Notes: a model not told the origin generated them from the letters alone. A stretch of DNA of 64,000 nucleotides from a bacterium (GCA_037189845.1 JBBCIS010000008.1:120645-184644), one strand, 5' to 3'; numbered from the stretch's first letter, positions 1-10,176 are shown. A program made the numbers and translations.

Positions 1-1139
1 AACATCATCAGGAATGTGGAAATCAATGAAGTCGGAATGGCCAGCAATACGATCAATGAATCTCTTAAGCTGTGCAGGAACAGTAACATGATGGCTGCCA
101 CGAGGATGACTGCTATCATCAGGTCATGCTGTACTGCTTCTACGGACTGCATAGTGAAGATTGCGGAGTCGTCAGTCACGGCAATGTTCAGATTGATGTC
201 TTTGTACTTGACATGTAGCTGATCAATCATTTCGTGGATGGCCTTGCTGATTTCTACAGCATTGGATCCGCTTTGTTTTCTGATAATAATACCAATTCCA
301 TTGATACCATTGTATCTGTTGATAGATGCCGGATCTTTCAGGATGTCAGAAACTGTGGCTATATCTTTCAATCTTACAGTACTTCCCATAGGGCTGGGAC
401 TCTGGTAAATGACCATATTGCTGATCTGATCTGCCGACTGGAATCTACCTGCAAGACGAACAGTCATCTGTTCCTGATCATCTTTGACCTTGCCTGTGGG
501 AAATTCAAGATTGTCTTTGGCAATTTTCTGGGTCACCTGCAGGATAGAGAGGTTGTAATAATCAAGCTTTTCTTTGTCAATATTTACCTGGATTTCACGT
601 TCCTGACCACCGATCAAAGTCACCTGACCAACGCCTGATGTCTGCTGTATCTGAGGCAATACTTCCGTTTTGACTAAATCATAAAATTCAGAAGTATTCA
701 TATTGGATGTGGCCTGCAGCTGTAGTATCGGCTGATCACTGGGAACGACTTTAGAAATATTTGGCGTTTTGACATCATCCGGCAATTCACTGATGATACT
801 GTTAAACTTACGCTGTACTTCCTGTTGTTTGTCATCGATTTTTACCCCGAACTTAAATTCGGCTACAATCAATGACATACCCTCATAAGATTGGGTTGTA
901 ATGGTTTTTAAGCCGTCGATTCCAGCAAGGACATCTTCCAGCTTTTTGGAAACAGATTGCTCTACGTTGCTGGGATCAGCTCCCGGATATTGTGTCGTGA
1001 TAATGAGCGTAGGCTGGGAAAACTCCGGCATCAGCTCATAATTCAGCTTAGTATAGGCGGATATACCGGTCATGATCAGCACCAGAAAGATGACTATGAT
1101 CAGTGAAGGTCTTTCTATCGCTATCTTAGTTAATTTCAT
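1..1139 (-). CDS. RND efflux permease (AcrB/AcrD/AcrF family), N-terminal part; runs off the window edge
   Basis: Not in the ORF track because it is open at the edge. Manual translation from ATG at 1139 gives MKLTKIAIERPSLIIVIFLVLIMTGISAYTKLNYELMPEFSQPTLIITTQYPGADPSNVEQSVSKKLED, a typical AcrB N-terminus; lies downstream of the MFP gene. Confidence 0.93.
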   Translation of the reverse strand, partial: MKLTKIAIERPSLIIVIFLVLIMTGISAYTKLNYELMPEFSQPTLIITTQYPGADPSNVEQSVSKKLEDVLAGIDGLKTITTQSYEGMSLIVAEFKFGVKIDDKQQEVQRKFNSIISELPDDVKTPNISKVVPSDQPILQLQATSNMNTSEFYDLVKTEVLPQIQQTSGVGQVTLIGGQEREIQVNIDKEKLDYYNLSILQVTQKIAKDNLEFPTGKVKDDQEQMTVRLAGRFQSADQISNMVIYQSPSPMGSTVRLKDIATVSDILKDPASINRYNGINGIGIIIRKQSGSNAVEISKAIHEMIDQLHVKYKDINLNIAVTDDSAIFTMQSVEAVQHDLMIAVILVAAIMLLFLHSLRDSLIVLLAIPTSLISTFLMM

Positions 1140-1164
1140 ACTTTGATTTGTTCAGGATAAGTGA

Positions 1165-2226
1165 TTAGTTTTCAGCGATCGATACGCTTATTCCGTTAGT
1201 CAGATTCACCAAACCACCTACAGCCACTATATCATTTTCGTTCAGTCCGCTGATAACCTGTAGCCGGCTTTCATTGCTGGCTCCCAGCGTGACAGGTTGT
1301 CTTTGGGCCTTACCCTCTTTTATGACATACACCTCAGGATTTTTGTTGGAACCGATCAATGCAGTTCTTGGAATGCTCAAGCTGTTGGCACTTGCTATAT
1401 TATCCAGAGAAACGGTCCCGTACATCCCTGCTTTTAAAGGGTAAGCCGAACTGTTAGGAACCATGATCTTCACTATATAATTTTTAGTCTGGTCTGCTTT
1501 GCTGGCAATCACACCTACTGTGCCTGCATATACATGCTGAGGATAAACTTCTGTAGTAACACTAAGCTTCATACCTGTTTTGAATTTGGTAATATCCTTT
1601 TCCGGAACACTGATTTCTAATTTCAGGGTGCTGATATCTGTCAGCATCGCCATTTGTGCTCCCGGGCCTGCAAGTGATCCTATTTCAAAGTACTTCGCTG
1701 TAATAATGCCGCTGAAAGGTGCTTTGATGGTAGCCATAGAGATTTGTTTTTTATAAAGCTCTATCTGATACTTAAGTGTAGTGACCTGGCTTTGAGCATT
1801 ATCTACCTGTACTTCCGTTAATCCGGCTGAAGCATTGGTCATCCTTTGTGCTGTTTTTTCGGCGAGAGCAAGATTATTTTCTGCAATTTTTAATTGATTT
1901 TTAAGAATATCTGTATCTAACTGGGCTATCAGCTGGCCTGCTGTAACATGAGCTCCTTCCTGAATACCCACCTGAACAACTCTACCGGATGCTTCAGATG
2001 CAATGACAGCTTCCTTATTAGGCGAAAATGAACCTAAAAAATTGCTGGCAAATTCAAATGTTCCGGCTTTGAGCGTTTCTGCCTGAATCAGAACTGTTGC
2101 ATCCGGGTTCTTCTTATATACTCTTTCCTCCACTTTTTCCTGATTGGATTTCAATTTGAAAAAGGCGAAAACAGCAAGCCCTCCTACAACGATTGCAAAA
2201 ATGATTAAACGGACAGCATTGTTCAT
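1165..2226 (-). CDS. RND efflux periplasmic adaptor (membrane fusion protein)
   Basis: N-terminal TM anchor, lipoyl-like segments (ASEASGRV...G..V..GQLIAQLD; IKAPFSGII), position between TetR and AcrB. Confidence 0.92.
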   Translation of the reverse strand: MNNAVRLIIFAIVVGGLAVFAFFKLKSNQEKVEERVYKKNPDATVLIQAETLKAGTFEFASNFLGSFSPNKEAVIASEASGRVVQVGIQEGAHVTAGQLIAQLDTDILKNQLKIAENNLALAEKTAQRMTNASAGLTEVQVDNAQSQVTTLKYQIELYKKQISMATIKAPFSGIITAKYFEIGSLAGPGAQMAMLTDISTLKLEISVPEKDITKFKTGMKLSVTTEVYPQHVYAGTVGVIASKADQTKNYIVKIMVPNSSAYPLKAGMYGTVSLDNIASANSLSIPRTALIGSNKNPEVYVIKEGKAQRQPVTLGASNESRLQVISGLNENDIVAVGGLVNLTNGISVSIAEN

Positions 2227-2243
2227 ATAGTTGAATTGTATGT

Positions 2244-2858
2244 TTAAGATGATTTTTTGAAATATTGACGGATAAATCCGATAATGTATTCTTCTCTGGT
2301 CTGCATAAACTGCATATAATCTTCTTCACTGCACTGCAGCATTTGCTGGATCATATTTTTGGCAGCAAATGGAAAAAAGGTGACAGACATAAAGGTGATA
2401 AAGTGCTGCTGGGCCTCACCCTGCATTTCTCCGTTCCGGATGGCCTGCTCTATATCTTCCAGTATGGATCGTGTGAATTCATGACCATGCACAATCCTGA
2501 GCATTTGTGTGGGATGTGCATTGAATTCATTGAGCAGGAAAATATCCAGCTCCGGATCTTCCATTGCTTTGGCAAAATAATCTCTTGTAAACTGTATAAG
2601 CTTTTCTTCCAGCGGAAGATTTTTTTCCACAGTATTGCCTAAACGATATTTGATATCATAGAATTTCTCGGAAATTACGGCATCAAATAATTTCTCTTTA
2701 CTTCTGTAATAATAATGCAATGAGGTTCGCCCGATACCTGCCTCATCGGCAATATCCTGTAATCTGGCACCGGAAAGACCTTTACGGATAAAGATTTTCC
2801 TGGCAGCCTCTTTAATGACTTCTTCTATATCCTTTTTTTCCTCAGAAGCGTGTAACAT
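2244..2858 (-). CDS. TetR/AcrR family transcriptional regulator
   Basis: N-terminal HTH AARKIFIRKGLSGARLQDIADEAGIGRTSLHYYYRSKEKLF. Confidence 0.93.
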   Translation of the reverse strand: MLHASEEKKDIEEVIKEAARKIFIRKGLSGARLQDIADEAGIGRTSLHYYYRSKEKLFDAVISEKFYDIKYRLGNTVEKNLPLEEKLIQFTRDYFAKAMEDPELDIFLLNEFNAHPTQMLRIVHGHEFTRSILEDIEQAIRNGEMQGEAQQHFITFMSVTFFPFAAKNMIQQMLQCSEEDYMQFMQTREEYIIGFIRQYFKKSS

Positions 2859-2865
2859 AAAAGTC

Positions 2866-2879
2866 TGACATCAATGTCA
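2866..2879. promoter_or_regulatory. Palindromic operator TGACAT-ca-ATGTCA, probable TetR autoregulatory site
   Basis: Perfect 6-2-6 palindrome a few bp upstream of the TetR start codon. Confidence 0.55.
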
Positions 2880-2964
2880 AACCAAATATCTGCTTATTTA
2901 TGTAAAAAAACTTGTGACCGGACACTCATTTTTCTGTGATAACAGGATTTTAATATAAAATACG

Positions 2965-3858
2965 TTAAACCAGGATCTGTTCTTCCCGTAAAATTCTGAA
3001 TGTAGCATTTTCTACGAGCAGCGCTTCATCTTCTCTGCGCCGGAGCAATCCGTTCACGTTCGGCCAGAGACGTTTCATAGCTCTGATCTCAGCTGCAATT
3101 TTTGACAGGTTTTGTGGATCAATATATTTTTGAATGTTTTTCATTTCTTTTCTTCTGTCACCATCCAGTGAGCTGCCTCTGTTGAATACAAGACTCAGCA
3201 AGGCACCTTGTGCATCGGGAGGAAGCAGGTGCGCTTTGGGATAAATATTTCTCACCAGCTTTGCATATTTGCTCAGTGTAAACTGATAGAAAACACTTCG
3301 GGCAGCATCATAGGGAACAACGACGTGCTTCACCTGTGCTAATTTGTTTTTAGCTGCATTTCCTTTTAAGCCTACAACTTTTGACAATGTCTGTACATCA
3401 GCATCCGGAATAAAATTTTTCCATGTATTTCTGAATTCAGTTACTCCTACATAACCTAAATCATATCCTATACCAATAGTAATACCGCTCTCAACAGCCG
3501 GCCAGATCGGGTTTTTATATTTACTGTTATATGCTGCAGGAGAGGAGATCTCAAATTCAATGATTTTATTCAGGGAAATATTGCTGATGATCAATGATGT
3601 TCCTGCGGGAAGAGATATCAGCTTTTGAGAAAGGTAATCTTCCAGCTTCGTCAATGTCTGAGGTCCTAATACTCCATCCACATCTCTGCCGGTCAATCCT
3701 AAGATTTTTTGGATTTGCCTGACATATTCTATCAGCGTATTTCCTTCCGGAACAGCACCTATATACTTTAAAATGGCAATGGCTGTATTCTTGCCAAAGA
3801 AACCATCTGCATCAGCCCCGACAGTTTCCTGTATTTTTTTAATTCTTACTACTGACAT
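2965..3858 (-). CDS. Peptidoglycan-binding domain plus pesticin/lysozyme-like muramidase
   Basis: Two DG..G..T motifs (DGFFGKNT, DGVLGPQT) at the N-terminus; C-terminal FEISS..Y, WP..SGITIGIGYDLG, ALLSLVFNRG, GLLRRREDEA. Confidence 0.7.
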   Translation of the reverse strand: MSVVRIKKIQETVGADADGFFGKNTAIAILKYIGAVPEGNTLIEYVRQIQKILGLTGRDVDGVLGPQTLTKLEDYLSQKLISLPAGTSLIISNISLNKIIEFEISSPAAYNSKYKNPIWPAVESGITIGIGYDLGYVGVTEFRNTWKNFIPDADVQTLSKVVGLKGNAAKNKLAQVKHVVVPYDAARSVFYQFTLSKYAKLVRNIYPKAHLLPPDAQGALLSLVFNRGSSLDGDRRKEMKNIQKYIDPQNLSKIAAEIRAMKRLWPNVNGLLRRREDEALLVENATFRILREEQILV

Positions 3859-3932
3859 AATTGTGTATTTATACAGTATTAAATTAATGAATATTATAAA
3901 TGTTTTCGGTTTTTAATCAGAAAATATAAAAT

Positions 3933-3960
3933 AAAAAAGCGTTGTCAGAAATGACAACGC
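3933..3960 (-). terminator. Intrinsic terminator of the YceI gene
   Basis: GCGTTGTCA-gaaa-TGACAACGC 9-bp stem followed by a T-run on the minus strand. Confidence 0.8.
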
Positions 3961-3991
3961 TCCTAATAAAAAAATTGTACTTGTAAAAGTA

Positions 3992-4615
3992 TTAGTTACC
4001 TGCTACTAAATCAATTTTGAAGTTGATTTCTTCACTGATTAAGTCATCAGCCTGACCAGCATAGTTTATGCCCCAGTCAGCTCTTTTGATATTGAAGTCA
4101 GCATTTGCTTTCAATGCAGTTTCAGAGATTTCTGTTACGTTAGCTTTAAAAGTAATGTTTTTGGTAATGTCTTTGATTGTCAGGTTTGCAGAAACATCTA
4201 CAGTTGATACTCCCGTACCTGTTACATTTGTAATTTCCAATGTTGCTTCAGGAAATTTTGCTACTGCAAAGAAATCATCTGCTTTTAAGTGGCCATCCAG
4301 CTTTGTTTTCCACTCACCTTGTAAATCCAGTGCATTGATGGTTGTCATATCCAATACAAACTCACCGCCTGTGATCTGGTCGCCTGTTACAACTACCTTA
4401 CCGGATTTGATTTTAACCTCGCCATTGTGCTGACCACTTACTTTTCTACCGGTCCACAATACTTTAGACGCTTCTGTGTTTACACTTAATTCCGTACCTG
4501 CAGTTTCAACGACTTCGGCAGCATCAGTAGTAGTAGCTTTTTCTCCTTCAGGATTACTTACACATGCAGTAAATAACAGACCTGCAATTCCGAATACTAA
4601 GAATAGTTTTTTCAT
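3992..4615 (-). CDS. YceI family lipid/polyisoprenoid-binding lipoprotein
   Basis: Lipobox LFTAC; SKVLWTGRKVSGQHNG, LDGHLKADDFFAVAKFP, NLTIKDITK, FNIKRADWGINY. Confidence 0.88.
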   Translation of the reverse strand: MKKLFLVFGIAGLLFTACVSNPEGEKATTTDAAEVVETAGTELSVNTEASKVLWTGRKVSGQHNGEVKIKSGKVVVTGDQITGGEFVLDMTTINALDLQGEWKTKLDGHLKADDFFAVAKFPEATLEITNVTGTGVSTVDVSANLTIKDITKNITFKANVTEISETALKANADFNIKRADWGINYAGQADDLISEEINFKIDLVAGN

Positions 4616-4791
4616 GATTTTAATGATTTAAGGTTATAACGTTTTTTCGTTGTTATTGTTTCTGATGCTAATATAGTTGCTTTGTTTGGACAATTGTTGT
4701 ATATACAAATATTATTTTCTGAATTTTTAACATAATTTTTGAAATAGATAACAGAAAGACGCGTTTAGGGCGATATTTCTATTTAAAAAGG

Positions 4792-5506
4792 CTAACCAAA
4801 CATTTCAATCCATGCTTCTGTAGTCAGTGGCTTGTCATCACTTTCATTATATACTTTGTTGAAAAACCGGAATTGATCAGGAGTAAGAAGCATTATTGAT
4901 GTGAAGACACCTGCAGAAGATAAATAGGCCCGTTCTGCTACTTGCTGCGATTCAGCTTCAAGATTAATGATGTCTGTAATTTTCTGAATGGAAAGTACCG
5001 GAGGATTTCCGCCTTTAAGGTTGTCAAAAATGATGTGTTGATTTCCGTTTACCACCAATCGTTCATTGATAATGCCGTTGATCTTATCATATTTAGCATA
5101 ATGGTCGCTGACTTCAAAATTGTACACCGATTTTTTGAAAAGAAGGGTGTAAATTTTTAATGATTTTGGAGATACTGTCATTTTCGTTCAGCGTATCCCA
5201 GTCGATGTTGAGTATCCTGTAATCTTCTGAAAGCTCTTTTTCATCCTTCCAATATGTAAAGAATCCCATTTCCGGATCGTAGTATTCTATGATTTCATTT
5301 TTGATCTTATGTAAGTCAGAAGGGTCCGTATATTTAAAGTAATCCAGCTTCTCTAATACAGTGACAAACTCTTTACCTTCTTCTTGCAATTCCTTTCTTA
5401 CCTTATTGTTGTAGGGATCTTGGTTAAATATTCCTTTTGCTTTTTTAGAGTTATATATGAGATACAGGATAAAAACCAGAATTGCTACGTAAAGGAAATT
5501 ATTCAT
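4792..5506 (-). pseudogene. Hypothetical membrane-anchored protein split by a +1 frameshift (pseudogene or sequencing error)
   Basis: ORFs 5114-5506 and 4792-5181 overlap; removing one T from CAA TTTT GAA near 5117 gives a continuous ...KIGVQFEVSDHYAKYD... reading. Confidence 0.65.
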
Positions 5507-5720
5507 TCGAATGTTTTATATCCTGAAGTTATGTCATTTTATCCTGAGTTCATGATATTCCGGATTTTCATTCAGTAGTATTATTGAGTTTGTCTGGCTC
5601 AGGTGTTGCGTATGCACAACTCTGATAGAACGATCCCGATATCTATGCAGGACATCCGAATATTAATTCCTGGTGGTGTGGAAAGTCAAAGTAATAGCAG
5701 GAATAGCTGCCGTTAAAATC

Positions 5721-5740
5721 TCATTAGAAATTCATTAGAA
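5721..5740. promoter_or_regulatory. Tandem direct repeat TCATTAGAA x2 with 11-bp period, OmpR/PhoB-type binding site candidate
   Basis: Two exact 9-mers at 5721-5729 and 5732-5740, upstream of an OmpR-family regulator. Confidence 0.5.
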
Positions 5741-5803
5741 TGGATGTTATATATAGATGTAGTGAGCTGAATTAGGTATTTTTAGTCGAAATATTTGTGC
5801 ACC

Positions 5804-6484
5804 ATGCAAATTCTGATTGTAGAAGATGACAAAAGGATCAGCGATTTTCTGACGAAAGGTCTTGAAGAAAATGGCTGTCTGGTCACGCTTTGCAGAAATG
5901 CAGAGGATGTACTGGAAAGTTTTTTAAATATAGACTGGGGATTGATTATTGTGGATGTCATGCTACCGGGAATGGATGGTGTACAGCTTGTGCAGGTATT
6001 GAGATATAAGAAGATAGCTGCGCCTGTTCTGATGTTGAGTGCACTTGGTTCTGTGAATGATAAGGTGAGTGCGCTGGATTGCGGCGCGGACGATTATCTG
6101 ACCAAACCTTTTCATTTTGATGAGCTGCTATCCAGGATCAAGGCTGTGACAAGGCGTTTTCAGCTGGCGCAACAAACGACTCAATCTAATTCGGAGATTG
6201 TGATACAGGATATCCGGATAGATATGAATCAGTTCCAGGTGTTCGTCAACGAACAGCCGGCAGAATTATCTCCAAAGGAATTTAAGCTGTTGACTTATCT
6301 GGTGGATAATGCAAATAAAGCAGTGAGCCGATTGCAGATATTGAATGCTGTATGGGGTATCACTTTTGAAAATCATACCAATGTGGTGGATGTTTATATC
6401 TCTTATCTGAGAAGTAAAATAGAGAAAAACGGAAATAAATATATTCATACGGTCAAAGGAATTGGTTACATTTTCAAAGTATAG
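5804..6484 (+). CDS. OmpR/PhoB family two-component response regulator
   Basis: ILIVEDD, DVMLPGMDG, GADDYLTKPF, winged-helix end HTVKGIGY; ATG at 5804 preferred over TTG at 5795. Confidence 0.95.
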   Translation: MQILIVEDDKRISDFLTKGLEENGCLVTLCRNAEDVLESFLNIDWGLIIVDVMLPGMDGVQLVQVLRYKKIAAPVLMLSALGSVNDKVSALDCGADDYLTKPFHFDELLSRIKAVTRRFQLAQQTTQSNSEIVIQDIRIDMNQFQVFVNEQPAELSPKEFKLLTYLVDNANKAVSRLQILNAVWGITFENHTNVVDVYISYLRSKIEKNGNKYIHTVKGIGYIFKV

Positions 6485-6490
6485 ATTAAG

Positions 6491-7825
6491 ATGCAGCTGA
6501 AGAACAGGCTTTCGATATATTCAGTTTTGATTTTCAGTGTAGTCATTTTTGTGGCTTCTGCAGCCATTTATATTTCATTTTACCGGTGGATGAAGCATAA
6601 TGAAATCCAGATTCTGGAAAGTAAAACTTTGCTGGCAGCGGTATTTTATCTGGAGCAGGATGAAAGTAGTAATTCTGAACATGAGAGTATCAAGGATAAG
6701 CTGAGGAAGTCGATTTCCCGAAAGGATATAGCAATATATAATACACAAAATATTGTAGCCAGAGGTGAAATGTTACCGGACAAGAATATTACCGTGGAGT
6801 TTTTGAACACTATCAGAAAAAACCGGCAGGCTAATTTTACTACGGATAGATTTTTTTATAATGGCCTGTTTTATGCGGATAATGAGGGGAATTTTGTAGT
6901 GGTGGCCCGTGAGCTGAAAGATGATTTTGATAACCAGATGTACACTTTGCTGCAAATTCTGATTGTCGTATTTGTTATCGGGGTTATTTTGATTTATCTT
7001 TTTTCGCAGCTGCTGGGACGTTTTGCCTATGAGCCTATCATTCAGATTATAGAACAAATCAAGGAACGGGACAATAAAAACTTTTACGAACCTATCGTAC
7101 TGGAAAAGTCATATACTGAAATTGAAGATCTGGTCAGGACATACAATCATTTTATCGACAGGCTGGCGCAGACTTTTCATGTGCAGAAGAATTTTATAGA
7201 TTATGTATCTCATGAATTGCGTACACCTATCACTGCACTAATGGGGACACTGGAAGTGACGCATCAAAAAAAACGTACAGTAGATGAGTATCAGCAGGCA
7301 ATAGTCCAGTCAAAGCAATATGTCTACGATCTGGAAGAAACACTGGATAAAATGATGTTGCTGTCCGGGGTCAAAACAAGCTTTGAATTTAAGACAGTGC
7401 GTATAGATGAAATTATCTGGCAGGTGATAGAAAATGCTGTTTTGTATCATCAGGCTCAGATAGATGTAAAAATAGAGGTCGAAGATTCTGTCCATCTCAA
7501 TGTATATGGGAATACCAATCTATTGGCACTGGCTTTCAGCAACCTGGTAGAGAATGCTGTTAAATATTCTGATAACCAACCTGTTGAAGTTCTTCTGAAG
7601 AGTGTGGGAAGCAGTTTGCAAATAGAAATCATAGACAGGGGTATCGGTATTCCGGAAAGTGACCTGAATCAGATTACTCAAAATTTTTACCGGGGTAAGA
7701 ATACAAAAGGATACCAGGGAAAAGGTATTGGCTTGTCAATGGCACAGATTGTTTTTTCACTGCATAGGATGGAGTTGTCGGTGTATTCAGACGGGAAAGG
7801 TACAGTCGTGAAAGTGAGTGTATAA
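6491..7825 (+). CDS. Sensor histidine kinase (HAMP-HisKA-HATPase)
   Basis: Two TM segments, SHELRTP H-box, NLVENAVKYS N-box, DRGIGIP and GKGIGLS G-boxes. Confidence 0.95.
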   Translation: MQLKNRLSIYSVLIFSVVIFVASAAIYISFYRWMKHNEIQILESKTLLAAVFYLEQDESSNSEHESIKDKLRKSISRKDIAIYNTQNIVARGEMLPDKNITVEFLNTIRKNRQANFTTDRFFYNGLFYADNEGNFVVVARELKDDFDNQMYTLLQILIVVFVIGVILIYLFSQLLGRFAYEPIIQIIEQIKERDNKNFYEPIVLEKSYTEIEDLVRTYNHFIDRLAQTFHVQKNFIDYVSHELRTPITALMGTLEVTHQKKRTVDEYQQAIVQSKQYVYDLEETLDKMMLLSGVKTSFEFKTVRIDEIIWQVIENAVLYHQAQIDVKIEVEDSVHLNVYGNTNLLALAFSNLVENAVKYSDNQPVEVLLKSVGSSLQIEIIDRGIGIPESDLNQITQNFYRGKNTKGYQGKGIGLSMAQIVFSLHRMELSVYSDGKGTVVKVSV

Positions 7826-7928
7826 ATGATGATCCGGTGTATCTGTAAAAGGTGATATCAAATTCTTAACACATGTTTATTCCTGTAAAATCAGGAGGTT
7901 TCACTCATTTCTCTTATTTTAATAGGAT

Positions 7929-9221
7929 ATGAAGCTACACACCAGAATTTTTATCGGAATGCTGTTCGGAGTGGTTGCCGGATGGATTGTCAGACAGTTA
8001 GATTTACCGGCAGATACACTTTCTGTGATTAGTGCTTGGGTAGAACCGGTTGGTAAGATTTTTATGAACCTGATTTTCATGATGGTGATTCCTTTGATTC
8101 TGTCAGCATTGATCCTGGGAATAGCTGAGATCGGCGATTTACGCAAATTGGGGAGAATGGGTGGCTCACTTTTAAAATATACGTTGCTGGTAAGCTTTAT
8201 TGCTGTAATGATAGGTGTGAGTCTGGTCAATATTTTTAATCCCGGTAAAAGAATTTCAGAAAACACCCGTCAATATCTGTTGGAAGAATACCGAACGGAA
8301 GCTGCAAACGCTCAACAATTTTCTGAAGAGAATCAAAAGAAGACTGTAGGTGATATCGTTGCGAATTTGATACCTAAAAATCCTATACATGAGATGAGCC
8401 ATGCATTTGATCCTAAGAATACGGGTGGAGGATTGATTTCTGTAATGGTTTTTGCGTTGATTTTCGGTATAGCAATGGCTGCTGTCGGAGAGGTAAAATC
8501 CGCTCCCGTCAGGCAGTTTTTAGAATCTTTGTATGAGATCGTTTTAAAGGTAATAGGCTATGCAATGGCTTTGGCGCCGTATGGAGTTGCAGCTCTGCTG
8601 TTTAATATGGTTCTGAATGTAGGAGCAGATTTCCTGATATCTCTGATGTGGTATGTCGGAATTGTCTTGCTGGGATTAGCACTACATCAGTTTGTTACTT
8701 ATGCGATAGTGCTGAAATACTTTGCAAATAGAAATCCCTGGCAGTTCATGAAAGATATGGGTGAAGTGACTCTGACGGCATTTTCTACCAGCTCTAGCAA
8801 TGCTACGTTGCCGACAGCGATACGGGTGAGTATAGAAAAACTAAAGATTCCCAAGCCTGTTACACATTTTGTGCTGACAGTAGGCAGTACTGCCAATCAG
8901 AATGGAACCGCATTGTTTGAAGGCATTACAGTGTTGTTTCTGGCACAATGTTTCGATGTAGAGTTGTCTTTTACCTCTCAGATCATGGTCGTAGTTCTTT
9001 GTGTGCTGGCTGGTGTGGGTACCGCAGGAGTTCCCGGCGGGTCTCTGCCTGTGATTGTAACAATTTTAGTTTCTATAGGAGTACCGGGGGAGTCTATCGC
9101 ATTGATTTACGGAGTAGACAGAATTCTCGATATGTCACGTACTGTGATCAATGTCAACGGGGACATTACAGCAGCAGCTTATATTCAGCATCAGGAGGAG
9201 AAATTGATGGCAGAAGCTTAG
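7929..9221 (+). CDS. Dicarboxylate/amino acid:cation symporter (DAACS, GltP/DctA family)
   Basis: AFSTSSSNATLP, GSTANQNGTALF, GTAGVPGG, DRILDMSRTVINVNGD. Confidence 0.95.
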   Translation: MKLHTRIFIGMLFGVVAGWIVRQLDLPADTLSVISAWVEPVGKIFMNLIFMMVIPLILSALILGIAEIGDLRKLGRMGGSLLKYTLLVSFIAVMIGVSLVNIFNPGKRISENTRQYLLEEYRTEAANAQQFSEENQKKTVGDIVANLIPKNPIHEMSHAFDPKNTGGGLISVMVFALIFGIAMAAVGEVKSAPVRQFLESLYEIVLKVIGYAMALAPYGVAALLFNMVLNVGADFLISLMWYVGIVLLGLALHQFVTYAIVLKYFANRNPWQFMKDMGEVTLTAFSTSSSNATLPTAIRVSIEKLKIPKPVTHFVLTVGSTANQNGTALFEGITVLFLAQCFDVELSFTSQIMVVVLCVLAGVGTAGVPGGSLPVIVTILVSIGVPGESIALIYGVDRILDMSRTVINVNGDITAAAYIQHQEEKLMAEA

Positions 9222-9283
9222 AGCTTATTGAGGTAGACAGTCCTCCGTCAATAGTTCACCGTATTCGCTGATTTGTACTGGAG

Positions 9284-10102
9284 CTATCTTAATTTGTGTT
9301 CATTCTTGAAATTCGTGTCCGGTTTTTCTCTGCTAATAAGAGTAATTCCCAACCAATATGCAGGGGCCAATACAAATGCTGGTACCATCATCGGAAAGTA
9401 AAATGCCGGACTGATAAAATTGAACAGGAAGAAACAGATGATACCTATTCCGCAGAAAATGGTGAGTATGATTGTTGTCCATTTGGGAATGGATGCATTT
9501 CTGAATAATATCCAGCTCAGCCATACTGTAGAAAGATAAACAAGTGTTCTGCCGCTAGTTCTGATAAATTCATGGTAATCGTATTGAAGTATAAAATCGT
9601 CTGCATTTTTTCCTGAGCTGACCCAGGTATTCATTTCTTTACTTAAGTTGTATGAGCTGTAATTGTCCCATATCATCAGAATAACAGAAATGATAAATGG
9701 AATACTGATGAATTTTTGAATGGTTGAGATCTTATACCGGTATTGTTTTATGATAGCTATGAATCCTGTTGCAAATAATATTGTAGCAAAGAGCAGCATA
9801 CTATATCTGAAATGTTCTTCTGATATTCTTTCCAGTAATTTGGCAAACTCTTCGGGTGGGCCCAGCATCAACGGAGGTCCGATAACCGATCCCAATACAA
9901 AGAGATAAATTCCCCCTTTATTTGATCCGGGTGAAGAGATGAACCAACCTAACAGCCAGGAAACTACTGCCAGAATGAAGGAGGCTGTCAAGAAGTCTTT
10001 AAATGTATATGTAGTAGTCCAGTAAGGAGAGAAATTTGAAAGTATGGTGCTGAACGGTAAAATAACCAACAGGATGATGGATGATATTTTAAGGAATTTC
10101 AT
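9284..10102 (-). CDS. Hypothetical polytopic membrane protein
   Basis: Multiple hydrophobic segments; ATG at 10102 (MKFLKISS) preferred; lies downstream of an AraC gene. Confidence 0.7.
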   Translation of the reverse strand: MKFLKISSIILLVILPFSTILSNFSPYWTTTYTFKDFLTASFILAVVSWLLGWFISSPGSNKGGIYLFVLGSVIGPPLMLGPPEEFAKLLERISEEHFRYSMLLFATILFATGFIAIIKQYRYKISTIQKFISIPFIISVILMIWDNYSSYNLSKEMNTWVSSGKNADDFILQYDYHEFIRTSGRTLVYLSTVWLSWILFRNASIPKWTTIILTIFCGIGIICFFLFNFISPAFYFPMMVPAFVLAPAYWLGITLISREKPDTNFKNEHKLR

Positions 10103-10176
10103 TGATGTATAATTTGTTACCGGTAAAAATAATGAGCATATATTTTTATAAGTGGTACAAACAGGACGTTCTTGGA

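Noticed and set aside
16-638. Plus-strand ORFs 16-222 and 234-638
   Set aside because: Antisense shadows of the AcrB-family gene on the minus strand.
2965-3858. Prophage around the muramidase
   Set aside because: The neighbours are TetR and YceI; there are no holin, structural or integrase genes.
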